Shown here: piece after piece, positions 1 to 9,187 of the stretch
How the letters are laid out: each line of letters starts with the position of its first letter
Position numbering within the stretch: the first letter of the stretch is position 1
Assembly: GCF_900316895.1 (NCBI RefSeq)
Contig: NZ_ONER01000001.1
Span: 35,500-99,499 of the forward strand
Direction: 5' to 3'
Origin: an uncultured Methanobrevibacter sp.
GTDB taxonomy: Archaea; Methanobacteriota; Methanobacteria; Methanobacteriales; Methanobacteriaceae
DNA length: 64,000 nucleotides
Position numbers and translations under genes: made by a program
Notes under the pieces: model-generated
What the model saw: the letters and a program-made list of their open reading frames with translations, nothing else
Databases searched by the model: none
Told to the model about the DNA's origin: nothing

Positions 1-1816
1 TTATCAGATATAATTCTGCAATATCGTCATAATGACTAACATCAACAGCAAAATGTTTATAGTCATCAACATCAGAATCGGTTATTAAATAGTGATTTCT
101 AACCAGAACGATATATTCATCGCTAATGGCTTTTTCTAGCTTTTCCAAATCAAGTTTGAGCTTGAATTTGACCTTGCCTATGTCATAGGAATCGTCATCC
201 CTCCATGTTGGAGCATATAAAATAACCTTCTTATCATCAGGCAGGTTCAATCTTTCTTTGATTTGGTTTATTTTGCTTTCATCAGCGTTAAACAGGATAT
301 CATTTCTCGGATAACCGGTTTCCAGTATTTCGCCACCATATGCAAATGCCCGTCTGAAGATTTCAGTTGAAAATCTGTTGGGGGAGATGAAATAATCCCA
401 GGCTGACGAATCATGAATATAACTTTCTTTTGTTCGGGGATTTTGAATATAAATATTTCCCATATCAAAACCAAGTTTCTTAAGAGGTGTCCCGTGCCAT
501 GTTGAAAGTAAAACTTGCTGCGGTCTTTTTACCAGCCTGCCCGCCTGCCGGGTGTTTACAACCCAATATTTTGATGTTGCCATCAGCTTGTGATATTTCA
601 GGGAAAACCTCTTTGTGGTTATGGGATTTCCGGGAATTTCAGTTTTTTTATCATTGATTACCCAGACATACTCGAATTCATCGCCATAATGTTTATAGAG
701 ATATTCATAGATATATTTGGGGCTGTCCGAATAAAAGTCTCCGCTGAAGCTTTCAAACATGATTCGCTTATTGTTTATTGGTCGCTTGTTGTAAATGTTA
801 TGATAAAGAGTGTGATAAATGTTTTGAGGATGTTTGATGAAATTCAAAAGCCTGTTGCAGGTTACCCTGATTTTTGAAAGTTTTATGGTCTTTTGCTTAT
901 TTTTTGATTTCAATGCATTTAACTCAAAGCTTTGAATAGGATTCCCCTTAAAGTCATCGGCAATCTCCATGAATGCATCCAAAGCTTCAATCGGTTGCAT
1001 GTGATTTGTTTTTGAAAAGGTGTAATAATAATATTTAAACATTTTTTGAGCCATCAACTCCTTAAGAAGGTCAGATTTGATGGCATTTTTGGCATTCTTA
1101 TACTCCTCAATTGATTTGAAGATATAATCATCAGCGATTTCCTGATTCAATGACGGCAAGTTTATAAAATCATCACTGATTCTTTTGGCATATACCGCAT
1201 TTTCAACACCTATAACAGAATGGATATTGCCTAACAATTCCACCATGAATGGATAATCGGCGAAATATTTTTTTGATTCGTCAAATTTCAAATCTCCAAT
1301 TACATCATGTTTGATCAAAGCATGAAGAACGGACAAAACCTCAAGATTATCATTTTCACCAACGATAAGGTGCATTGAAAATTCCTCATCGGAATATTTA
1401 TTTTTCATGATTTTGGCATTATTTACACTAAACTCTTCGGAAAACCTGTTTCTAATATAATATGTTTCTATTCTTTGACCGTTTATAAAATCGGCATCGG
1501 TTTTTTTAGCACAGTCTACGAGTTTTGAAAGGCCATCCTGATAAATGTAATCGTCACTGTCAATAAAATAGACATATTCTCCGCTAGCCATTTCTAATGA
1601 TTCGTTTCGTGCTTTTCCAACACCTATCTCATCAGCATATGTTTTCACTATAATATTGTCAAATTCACTGATTAAATCATCAATATTTTCAACTGCCCCA
1701 TTAACAATCAGTATTATCTCAAAATCATTTAGATTTTGCTCCCTGATACTTTCAAGACAGTCTTTAAGGTATCTTTTACCTTTTTTAAATGGAATAATTA
1801 TACTTAGAAAGGTCAT
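1..1816 (-). CDS. Bifunctional GT2 glycosyltransferase / TagF-like CDP-glycerol glycerophosphotransferase, C-terminus cut by window edge
   Basis: Absent from the supplied ORF track because there is no stop inside the window. Hand translation from ATG (1816-1814) gives MTFLSIIIPFKKGKRYLKDCLESIREQNLNDFEIILIVNG...YFIDSDD (GT2 signature). It continues ...LSTWHGTPLKKLG...LYAPTWRDD...DVSHYDDIAELYLI and runs off position 1. I met no in-frame stop over about 605 codons. Confidence 0.8.
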   Translation of the reverse strand, partial: MTFLSIIIPFKKGKRYLKDCLESIREQNLNDFEIILIVNGAVENIDDLISEFDNIIVKTYADEIGVGKARNESLEMASGEYVYFIDSDDYIYQDGLSKLVDCAKKTDADFINGQRIETYYIRNRFSEEFSVNNAKIMKNKYSDEEFSMHLIVGENDNLEVLSVLHALIKHDVIGDLKFDESKKYFADYPFMVELLGNIHSVIGVENAVYAKRISDDFINLPSLNQEIADDYIFKSIEEYKNAKNAIKSDLLKELMAQKMFKYYYYTFSKTNHMQPIEALDAFMEIADDFKGNPIQSFELNALKSKNKQKTIKLSKIRVTCNRLLNFIKHPQNIYHTLYHNIYNKRPINNKRIMFESFSGDFYSDSPKYIYEYLYKHYGDEFEYVWVINDKKTEIPGNPITTKRFSLKYHKLMATSKYWVVNTRQAGRLVKRPQQVLLSTWHGTPLKKLGFDMGNIYIQNPRTKESYIHDSSAWDYFISPNRFSTEIFRRAFAYGGEILETGYPRNDILFNADESKINQIKERLNLPDDKKVILYAPTWRDDDSYDIGKVKFKLKLDLEKLEKAISDEYIVLVRNHYLITDSDVDDYKHFAVDVSHYDDIAELYLI

Positions 1817-1829
1817 ATTTCACACAAGT

Positions 1830-3365
1830 CTATTTCTTTTTAATGATATTAAACATTTGAGATATTTCATCACTGCCGTCTGTCAAATCAATGAACTCAT
1901 CAAAATGAACATCCGGAAACTGCTTTTCAAACGATCTTTTAAGAATCGCTTTTGAGTTTCTCTTCTCAAAAAGAGCCGGCGTTAAATCAAATCTGAATGG
2001 AAGGATTTCAATACTTTCAGGAATAAGTTTAAAAATTCTTTCATGATTATTTGAAATATAGTCATCCCACTGCTTATACGTTAAAAATGAGTCATACCCA
2101 TCTACATCAAGATGATTCAACTTATCAATTAATGAATCATTCAGGTTTCCTGCATAAATCAGCAACCTTTTATTATCACCTAAAACCTGTTTGACAATGG
2201 AAGCATTATCGTTATTAATAATTGTCCGTAGCATCTTTTCAGCAGCATCAGGATTGTCATATTGACAGAACTTATCAATGAATTCGCCGTCATCATAATC
2301 CTTATCAGAATTCAATTCCCTAACCAGCTCATCAACATCGGTGACTTTTGGAAACGGCAAATCCTCAAGCGGAAAGTAAAATCCGCGATAGGATTCATAA
2401 TCGGCTTCATCATAGCTGAACAGTATGATTTTCCTTTTCGTATTTGCAAAGTCAAAAAACACACTGGAATAGTCAGTTACCAAAACATCCGCCATATTCA
2501 AAACATCATAGACTTCATAATCTTCGGGAAATGCCCTGATATGATCAAATTTTGAAAAGTCAATTTGTGAAGCATTTAAAACATGCAATTTAGCAAACAG
2601 GATCTGATTCTCATTTAATCTTGCATCAATCTCACTCAGATATTTTTCAACTTCATCCCTTTGGCCTTCGTCATTTCTATCCATCAGTATGCCTCGAAAT
2701 GTTGGCATATAAACAAATATGTCATAATCGTTTAAATCCAGTTCTGATTTCAGTTGGGATTTTGTGAAAAAAACAGAATTTCGAGGATATCCCTCAAGCA
2801 ATATTTTGCCAGGATAGATCTTTTCAATCATATATGCATTAAGCATCTTATCCATCATATAGTCATTTGGATAAAGCAAATAATCACTGGACAAAAGAGG
2901 ATGCTGCACATTTCCAATACGGTGCTGCTCAGCAACATTGTCCCTGCCCATAACCTTAAGGGGAGTGCCGTGCCAGGTATTTACAAAAATCTGGCCCTGT
3001 CTTTTAACGTATTTCGGCCTTATTCCTGAATCAGTGAAAATATATTTGGCTTTTTCCAGGGTCTTGGTTGCCACCGCCTCTTTGGTAATGATTTTGTCTA
3101 TTTTCAAATTGTAATTTTTCTGCAAAGCCCTTATTTTATCTACAACCTGAGGCTTTGCATGAACATGAACCTTAAAATCACCATATTTTCCTGTTGATAA
3201 CTCCTCAACAATTCTGAATATGTTTCCGGTGAAATCCAATCCGTCACGGGATTCCAAATAAATCAGGTCATTATCCAAATCACTATTGTAATATGTGTTA
3301 TAAATCATTGAATTTACAGCACAATCCTTGAAATTAAGCAATTTAGATTTGAAACCCATTTTCAT
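1830..3365 (-). CDS. TagF-like CDP-glycerol glycerophosphotransferase (paralog of the N-terminal 520 aa of 26803..29193)
   Basis: Motifs NTWHGTPLKVMG, VYMPTFRG and VTDYSSVFFDFA. Long colinear similarity to the 796-aa ORF. The track ORF starts at TTG 3386; the first ATG (MKMGFKSK) is at 3365. Confidence 0.85.
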   Translation of the reverse strand: MKMGFKSKLLNFKDCAVNSMIYNTYYNSDLDNDLIYLESRDGLDFTGNIFRIVEELSTGKYGDFKVHVHAKPQVVDKIRALQKNYNLKIDKIITKEAVATKTLEKAKYIFTDSGIRPKYVKRQGQIFVNTWHGTPLKVMGRDNVAEQHRIGNVQHPLLSSDYLLYPNDYMMDKMLNAYMIEKIYPGKILLEGYPRNSVFFTKSQLKSELDLNDYDIFVYMPTFRGILMDRNDEGQRDEVEKYLSEIDARLNENQILFAKLHVLNASQIDFSKFDHIRAFPEDYEVYDVLNMADVLVTDYSSVFFDFANTKRKIILFSYDEADYESYRGFYFPLEDLPFPKVTDVDELVRELNSDKDYDDGEFIDKFCQYDNPDAAEKMLRTIINNDNASIVKQVLGDNKRLLIYAGNLNDSLIDKLNHLDVDGYDSFLTYKQWDDYISNNHERIFKLIPESIEILPFRFDLTPALFEKRNSKAILKRSFEKQFPDVHFDEFIDLTDGSDEISQMFNIIKKK

Positions 3366-3510
3366 CACAAAAAAAATTATTATCAATAATAGTCATTTTA
3401 ATCCTAATTTATGAAACTGTCCATATCCTTTACAGATAATGATTTAGAAAGCGAGATTAATAAAACTTTGTGTTATTTTAAAGATAGTTAAGCAATATTA
3501 AGTTAAAATT

Positions 3511-3541
3511 AAAAAAAATAGATGGAAAATATTATTCCATC
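3511..3541 (-). terminator. Hairpin plus oligo-T terminator after adhesin-like gene
   Basis: Minus strand reads GATGGAA-TAATATT-TTCCATC followed by TATTTTTTTT, 16 nt after the stop at 3557. Confidence 0.5.
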
Positions 3542-3556
3542 AAGACATTATACAAT

Positions 3557-5509
3557 CTATTTAACCTTCACATAAATCTTGTTGTTAATGTTATAATTGC
3601 TATTGCTTAATGTAACAATGATTTTATGCTTTGCCCTGGTTAATTTGGAGGTTTTAATACTCAAAACACCTTTGGAGTTTGTTTTGATTTTGTATACCTT
3701 ATATTTTTTGCCAGTGTATACCTTTACGGTGAATTTTGTTTTCTTGATGAGTTTCTTTGATGCCTTGTTTTTGATTGTCAATTTGATTTTTGAAGGCTTT
3801 TTAACATTCTTTGAATATGTTATTTTGGCCTTGTCCTTTATTTTGGTCCATGATTTGACAAAGGAAACTCCTTCACCCACTGAAACGGTGATTTTGGATT
3901 TGTTTATATTGACCTTGAATGGCACAATAAATGAAACATATCCTTTGGAATCCGCTTTTACCCACTTGGAAGTGTAGGATTTCGGTCCGGTGATCTTGAT
4001 TTTTACTTTTTGATTTACGGGCATCTTCCAAAGTGACGTAAGCTTAACCTTTATTCTGACGCTAGCTGAAGTGTAGGTGTATTGATAAACCTTGGCATTG
4101 AATCCTCCGTAAACCTTTGAAGCAGTGCCTGCAGTATTTTTTGAATATGTAAGCCCGGATATCTTGAATGATTCACTGGTTGAATATATCGCTCCACCTT
4201 TTGATATTGCATCATTCTGTACAAATGAAGCTGTAGAGATTGAATTTGCCTCACTTATCAGGTACAGACCTCCACCATTGTTTGCAGAGTTTTGAGTGAA
4301 TTTGCAGTTTGATATTGTAACCGGGTCATTTTGTGAAAAGATTGCACCACCGTTTTTCAAGGCGCAGTTTGAATTAAACTTACAGTTACTTATTTTAACT
4401 TCACCGAAATCAGCATATATTGCTCCACCATGCTTGCCGGCATAGTTCTGATTAAAATTACAGTTTGAAATATTTACTCGTCCATGATTTGAATATATCG
4501 CTCCACCATAGTTATTGGCACTGTTTGAAGTGAAATCACAGTTAAGAATGTCAACATTTGAAATATATTTGGTGTTGAATACCTTTATTTTTATTGCAGC
4601 GCCTGAAGTACCGTAATTTTCAATGAATTTACAGTTCTTGACTGTGGATGATATGCATGCATCCAATTCCAGCACTCCGCCTGAATGTGTATTTATATTG
4701 TATTGGAAAGTGGAATTCTCTATTTCACTGTATCCAAGCTCGTCGGTATAAATTATTCCACAGTTGTATACAGTATTATATTCAAAAAGGCAATCCTTAA
4801 CAAGCAATTTGGATAGCTTGTATTTTACATCATTATAACTGACAACAAGAATTGTTGACAGGTATGCATTGTTGTTTCTAAATGTTGACCTGTACAATTC
4901 AAGATTGGATCCGATACGGGTAATGATTGCGCTGCCCATACCTGCCTTGAATTGAGCCCATTCCAACTCACTTTCACGAATTGCTGTATTGTTTTCAAAA
5001 AGACAGTCATAAATTTTGACATCAGTTTCACTTTGAGCGTCTAATGCTCCACCGTCGGAATTGTAAGCTATGTTGTCCTGGAAAATACAATTTATAAGAG
5101 TCAGATTGGAATTGACCTCCAAAAAGATTCCTGCTCCGCTACTGTTGGAATATGCATTTCTAAATATGAGGTTTTTCAATACCACATTACAATATGATTC
5201 TATATAAAATCCTCTTGCAATATATGAACCGTCAACATATGAATAGTTTTCACGACCTGAAATGGTGATGTTTTTTGATATTATAACACCATCTGTCAGT
5301 TCCTTGTCTGCTGTATCATTAAATTTATAATCATCAGTCAGATTTAAAGTGCCCTCATTTTCTGTTTCATTGATTTGGTCATTTAAATCCGTGTATGTTT
5401 TTGTCTCATTTGAGTTTGCATCATGATTATCTTCAGCATGAACAGAAGCCATGCCTATAAATATAAATAAAATAACACAGATTAACAATGTTTTTTTACT
5501 TAAATTCAT
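3557..5509 (-). CDS. Adhesin-like protein: signal peptide, parallel beta-helix (GGAI/FxxN repeats), Lys-rich Ig-like C-terminal region
   Basis: N-terminal hydrophobic segment ends in ASVHA. Repeated ~23-aa units (GGAIYSNHGRVNISNCNFNQN, HGGAIYADFGEVKISNCKFNSN, NGGAIFSQNDPVTISNCKFTQN). The C-terminus is extremely Lys-rich. ATG at 5509 is preceded by GAGGGA; the track start at 5524 is TTG. Confidence 0.85.
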   Translation of the reverse strand: MNLSKKTLLICVILFIFIGMASVHAEDNHDANSNETKTYTDLNDQINETENEGTLNLTDDYKFNDTADKELTDGVIISKNITISGRENYSYVDGSYIARGFYIESYCNVVLKNLIFRNAYSNSSGAGIFLEVNSNLTLINCIFQDNIAYNSDGGALDAQSETDVKIYDCLFENNTAIRESELEWAQFKAGMGSAIITRIGSNLELYRSTFRNNNAYLSTILVVSYNDVKYKLSKLLVKDCLFEYNTVYNCGIIYTDELGYSEIENSTFQYNINTHSGGVLELDACISSTVKNCKFIENYGTSGAAIKIKVFNTKYISNVDILNCDFTSNSANNYGGAIYSNHGRVNISNCNFNQNYAGKHGGAIYADFGEVKISNCKFNSNCALKNGGAIFSQNDPVTISNCKFTQNSANNGGGLYLISEANSISTASFVQNDAISKGGAIYSTSESFKISGLTYSKNTAGTASKVYGGFNAKVYQYTYTSASVRIKVKLTSLWKMPVNQKVKIKITGPKSYTSKWVKADSKGYVSFIVPFKVNINKSKITVSVGEGVSFVKSWTKIKDKAKITYSKNVKKPSKIKLTIKNKASKKLIKKTKFTVKVYTGKKYKVYKIKTNSKGVLSIKTSKLTRAKHKIIVTLSNSNYNINNKIYVKVK

Positions 5510-5690
5510 TAAATAATCCCTCAATTTTTATATTTATACCGGATATGTCAAAAAATAATGATTTTATCCGGAAATATGTTTTTTAAAAAAATATGTTTAT
5601 TTTAGTATATAAAGTTAATTCCTTTTTTATAACAGCTTTTTGAAAATTTTCGGTGCTTTTTTGAAAAAAAATGTAAAATAAAATTTAATT

Positions 5691-6779
5691 TTATTTAGCA
5701 CCGATGATACCATTGACATATGGTACCCTGTTCAGTATCGCCAGAATTGCCATCGAACCGAAAAGACCTATACAAATTGACACAACAATTAATAAACCAT
5801 ATGGCATACTTGCTTTCGGCAAGACATAGCCTGACATAAAGATTAATGGATAATGAACAAGATAGATTCCATAACTGTATTTTGCCAGGCTTGAAAGCAA
5901 CTTTCTGAATGCATTAAATTTAACTTTCAAATTGAATTTTGAGAAATTCTTGAATATGATGAATAATGAAATTGCAATCAATGTATTGAATATTGAATAT
6001 CTGTTGAAACATGAAATATTGGTTGGGTCTGATCTCAGATATCCGATATATGTGGATATTGCTGAGACAATAATCAGAACAACTAACGCGAGGTAAGGGT
6101 TGTTTAAAAACTTCCTTTCAGTGTATCTCAGATAATATCCGCAGACAACCAAACCTATAGGGCTTACGAAATAGGTAAGCTTGATAGGGAACTCCATATT
6201 TAGAGTGAAACTGAATACACAGGTTATCAACCAGAATACAAGGAAATATTCAGCTTCCTTTAAGTCTGAATGCAGCAGCCATCTGTTGAAAATAGGCATA
6301 ATCAGATAAGTTCCCAGAATCATCCAGAAGAACCAGTTTGCATTAAAACCATAGACTTCACCCATGAATGCGCCTTTTGCAAAATTTAAAAGGTAACCTA
6401 TATCGAATGCGTCCACAACATGACTGATGCCCACAAATGAAAGTATTATGAATATTATAATGAAAATTATATTCCAAAATGCAAATGGATAAACAATCCG
6501 AGGAATCCTTTTTGACAGGAATGGCTTGATTTCCCACTCACGACCCAGTGACAGTGCACCGGACAGCATTAAAAAGAGCAAAACACCAACCCTAACCGGG
6601 TTATAGATTATCTGTGATACGATCCAACTCAGTGTGGGACCTACATATGCATTATAAATCAGATATTTGTTTATTGTAACTGTATGAACCATCACTACAC
6701 ATATAATGGCCAATGCCCTTAGGGCATCAAAATAGAATATTCTCTTTCTCTTTTTTTTAGTGGTGCCAGTTTCCGCCAT
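5691..6779 (-). CDS. Acyltransferase family 3 integral membrane O-acyltransferase
   Basis: About 10 hydrophobic segments. The N-terminal motif RIFYFDALRALAIICVVMVH is typical of the AT3 family. ATG at 6779 (MAETG) is preceded by AAGAGGA; an upstream ATG at 6809 is an alternative start. Confidence 0.8.
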   Translation of the reverse strand: MAETGTTKKKRKRIFYFDALRALAIICVVMVHTVTINKYLIYNAYVGPTLSWIVSQIIYNPVRVGVLLFLMLSGALSLGREWEIKPFLSKRIPRIVYPFAFWNIIFIIIFIILSFVGISHVVDAFDIGYLLNFAKGAFMGEVYGFNANWFFWMILGTYLIMPIFNRWLLHSDLKEAEYFLVFWLITCVFSFTLNMEFPIKLTYFVSPIGLVVCGYYLRYTERKFLNNPYLALVVLIIVSAISTYIGYLRSDPTNISCFNRYSIFNTLIAISLFIIFKNFSKFNLKVKFNAFRKLLSSLAKYSYGIYLVHYPLIFMSGYVLPKASMPYGLLIVVSICIGLFGSMAILAILNRVPYVNGIIGAK

Positions 6780-6949
6780 ATTAATCCTCTTATAATCTAT
6801 TTTATACATTGATTACATATAAACTTATTGATAGAATAAACAACAATATAGACAAAATTATATAAATTTAAAACAAAAATCATGACCAATTTATACATTT
6901 ATGGCAACCACCATAATTTATGATGTACCCTGACTCACTGAATTGAATT

Positions 6950-9112
6950 CTACACCAGCCTAACATGACACATTTTATTGATATTGAAATTTTTATTCCT
7001 CAGCATGACCTTCACATTATTTTTTCCATTGTTAAGCTTTTTGGAACTGATTTTTAAAATACCCTTGGAACTGGTTTTTACATTAAATGTTTTATAATTA
7101 ATTTTTACATTTAAACGAGTGTTTTTAATAGGTTTTTTGGAAATCTTATTCAGTATTTTTATTTCAAGTTTTGAATGTTTTTTGACCGTCTTTGGAGCAT
7201 TAATCCTTGCGGATGCCTTTTTGATTGTGATTTCTGATTTTGCCTTTTTGGATAGCTTAACGTTTTTATCACCAGCAGATATTTCAATGACATGCTTTCC
7301 GACACCTAACTTTGATGTATCGAATTTGATAAGGCCATTCTTATCGCTTTTTACATTATATACCTTAGATTTTCTGCCAGTGAACACTTTTAATTTGAAA
7401 TTTATGCCAGAAACAGCCTTGCCTGTTTTGGAATTTTTTGCAGTTGCCTTAAATAGCTTTGAAGATTCATATTGTGTGGTTATTCTTTTGGCAAACAATT
7501 TGACCGGCGCCTTTACAACCTTTACCTTGATCATATTATAACTGCAGATTCCGCAATCCATCCAAACTTTCAAATCATAGGTGCCGGGTTTAAGGTTTTT
7601 AGGCACTTTAAAACTGAATTCCTTATCCAAAGGTGCATTAATCCACTTGGTGGCATATTTTTGGGGACCTGAGAACTGAATTTTAATTTTCTGCGGATTG
7701 GATAGTTTCCAAGGGGAAGTCACTTTGATTTGCAGGTTGACATCATTGTAATAGCTGCCTGCCTGGGTTATATGAACATAGAAGTCCCCATAAACCTCAC
7801 TGCCCTTGTCTGCACTGTTTGATATGAATCTGTTGTTCAGTGAATACACTCCAGCATTATTGTCATAAATTGCACCACCATTTTTAGATGCCCTGTTTTG
7901 ATAGAAAACTCCTTCTTTTAAAGATATTTGATTTTTGATGATGTATAAAGCTCCACCGGTAACCGCATGATTGTTGTAAAAATTCAAATTTGAAAAATCG
8001 GACGAACCGAGATAGAGAAACATTGCCCCTCCATTTTTGCCGGCACGATTATTGTAAAAGGTGGAATTTGCAATGGCCAGTTTTACATTGTTTGCATAAA
8101 TTGCACCACCATTGACAGAAGCATAATTATTTAAAAAACTGCAATCAATAATATCCACTGTACTTTGATAATCTGCAAAGGGAACAATATTCAGCGCCCC
8201 TCCCTTTACAACATGATTTTCCTCAAAAGAGCAATTCCTTATCAGAGTGTAGGCGGTTGATTCCAAAGTGATGGTTCCGCCCATATAGGTCACATGATTG
8301 TTTTTGAAAACACAATCGGATATTTCCCCTTTTCCCCGCTCATCAATATAGATTGCAGTGTGGCTTGGAGAGGTATTGTTTTCAAACAGACAATTTTTTG
8401 CCAAGAAGGTGGATTGTCTAAAGTTATCCCCTTCATCAAAACTGATTACAAGGATTATTGAAACGTGACCATAATTGTTTTTGAATGTTGAATCATAGAT
8501 TTCAAGGTTTGAATCCATACTGACCAGAAATGCGCCGCCCATTCCAACCTTGAACTTGACCCATTCGAGATCGCTTACGCGAATGCTTGTGTTGTTGTCG
8601 AAAATGCAGTTGTAGACATGAGTATTTGTGGAGCCTTCACAGTTGACAGCACCACCATTGGCATTATACACGTAATTTCCCTTAAAGATGCAGTTCTTTA
8701 AAGTAAGATTGGAATTGTTGCATAAGTATATTGCTCCACCATTATTTTTACTAAAACAGTTTTTAAAGGTGGTGTTCTCGATTAAAACATTACAGTTTTC
8801 TTCAATATATAATCCTCTAGCCTGATGGCTGCCATCGATGATATGGCCATTTCCATTGATATTGATATCTTGGGATATTTCAATTCCCTCAATATAATCA
8901 GAATCGCTTTGGTTGTCGAATTGATAATCCTTAGTTAAATTTACTGACTGCTGATGATTTGATATGTCATCTGACAAGTCTGAATAGGAAGTTACATTTT
9001 CGGCATGAATTGAAGTCATGCTCAAAAATACAAATAGAACAACAAAAATAAACAAAATTTTTTTACTTGAAATTATGTCTTTTGATTTTTTAATCGTCCT
9101 ATCTTCTGCCAT
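6950..9112 (-). CDS. Adhesin-like protein (signal peptide, GGAI/FxxN beta-helix, basic Ig-like C-terminal repeats)
   Basis: Same architecture and N-terminal YSDLSDDI...INGNGHIIDG region as the other two ALPs. Repeats NGGAIYANNVKLAIANSTFYNN and NGGAMFLYLGSSDFSNLNFYNN. K-rich C-terminal ~250 aa. Confidence 0.85.
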   Translation of the reverse strand: MAEDRTIKKSKDIISSKKILFIFVVLFVFLSMTSIHAENVTSYSDLSDDISNHQQSVNLTKDYQFDNQSDSDYIEGIEISQDININGNGHIIDGSHQARGLYIEENCNVLIENTTFKNCFSKNNGGAIYLCNNSNLTLKNCIFKGNYVYNANGGAVNCEGSTNTHVYNCIFDNNTSIRVSDLEWVKFKVGMGGAFLVSMDSNLEIYDSTFKNNYGHVSIILVISFDEGDNFRQSTFLAKNCLFENNTSPSHTAIYIDERGKGEISDCVFKNNHVTYMGGTITLESTAYTLIRNCSFEENHVVKGGALNIVPFADYQSTVDIIDCSFLNNYASVNGGAIYANNVKLAIANSTFYNNRAGKNGGAMFLYLGSSDFSNLNFYNNHAVTGGALYIIKNQISLKEGVFYQNRASKNGGAIYDNNAGVYSLNNRFISNSADKGSEVYGDFYVHITQAGSYYNDVNLQIKVTSPWKLSNPQKIKIQFSGPQKYATKWINAPLDKEFSFKVPKNLKPGTYDLKVWMDCGICSYNMIKVKVVKAPVKLFAKRITTQYESSKLFKATAKNSKTGKAVSGINFKLKVFTGRKSKVYNVKSDKNGLIKFDTSKLGVGKHVIEISAGDKNVKLSKKAKSEITIKKASARINAPKTVKKHSKLEIKILNKISKKPIKNTRLNVKINYKTFNVKTSSKGILKISSKKLNNGKNNVKVMLRNKNFNINKMCHVRLV

Positions 9113-9187
9113 ATAAACAACCTATATTCTAGATTAAATTATATAAAACTTTACAGAATTATCCTAAAAATGAAATGATATAAAACA

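Noticed and set aside
2262-3029. Plus-strand ORFs 2262..2555 and 2754..3029. The same applies to 590..877, 1656..1955, 3597..3977, 7119..7541, 7472..7672, 13458..13640, 17446..17655, 23321..23844, 29543..29761, 31198..31383, 32096..32293, 37786..38245, 39557..39748, 40446..40667, 41402..41686, 42477..43010, 43389..43571, 44022..44276, 45858..46184, 49592..49918, 51161..51418, 51822..52124, 53526..53729, 55157..55414, 56354..56581, 57077..57391 and 60531..60740.
   Set aside because: All are antisense shadow ORFs fully inside minus-strand genes that have strong family signatures. Their translations are low-complexity and Phe/Leu/Ile-rich, as expected from the complement of Lys/Asn/Glu-rich coding DNA. 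They have no RBS or motif support.
4051-5031. Same-strand out-of-frame ORFs 4051..4254 and 4825..5031. The same applies to 268..474, 35261..35515, 45501..45731, 46775..46984, 47897..48085, 53184..53381, 55914..56111, 57015..57203 and 58754..58960.
   Set aside because: They are nested in alternative frames (58754..58960 in an antisense frame) of well-supported genes. The pair 45501/46775 merely mirrors the tandem TagF duplication. There is no independent evidence for them.
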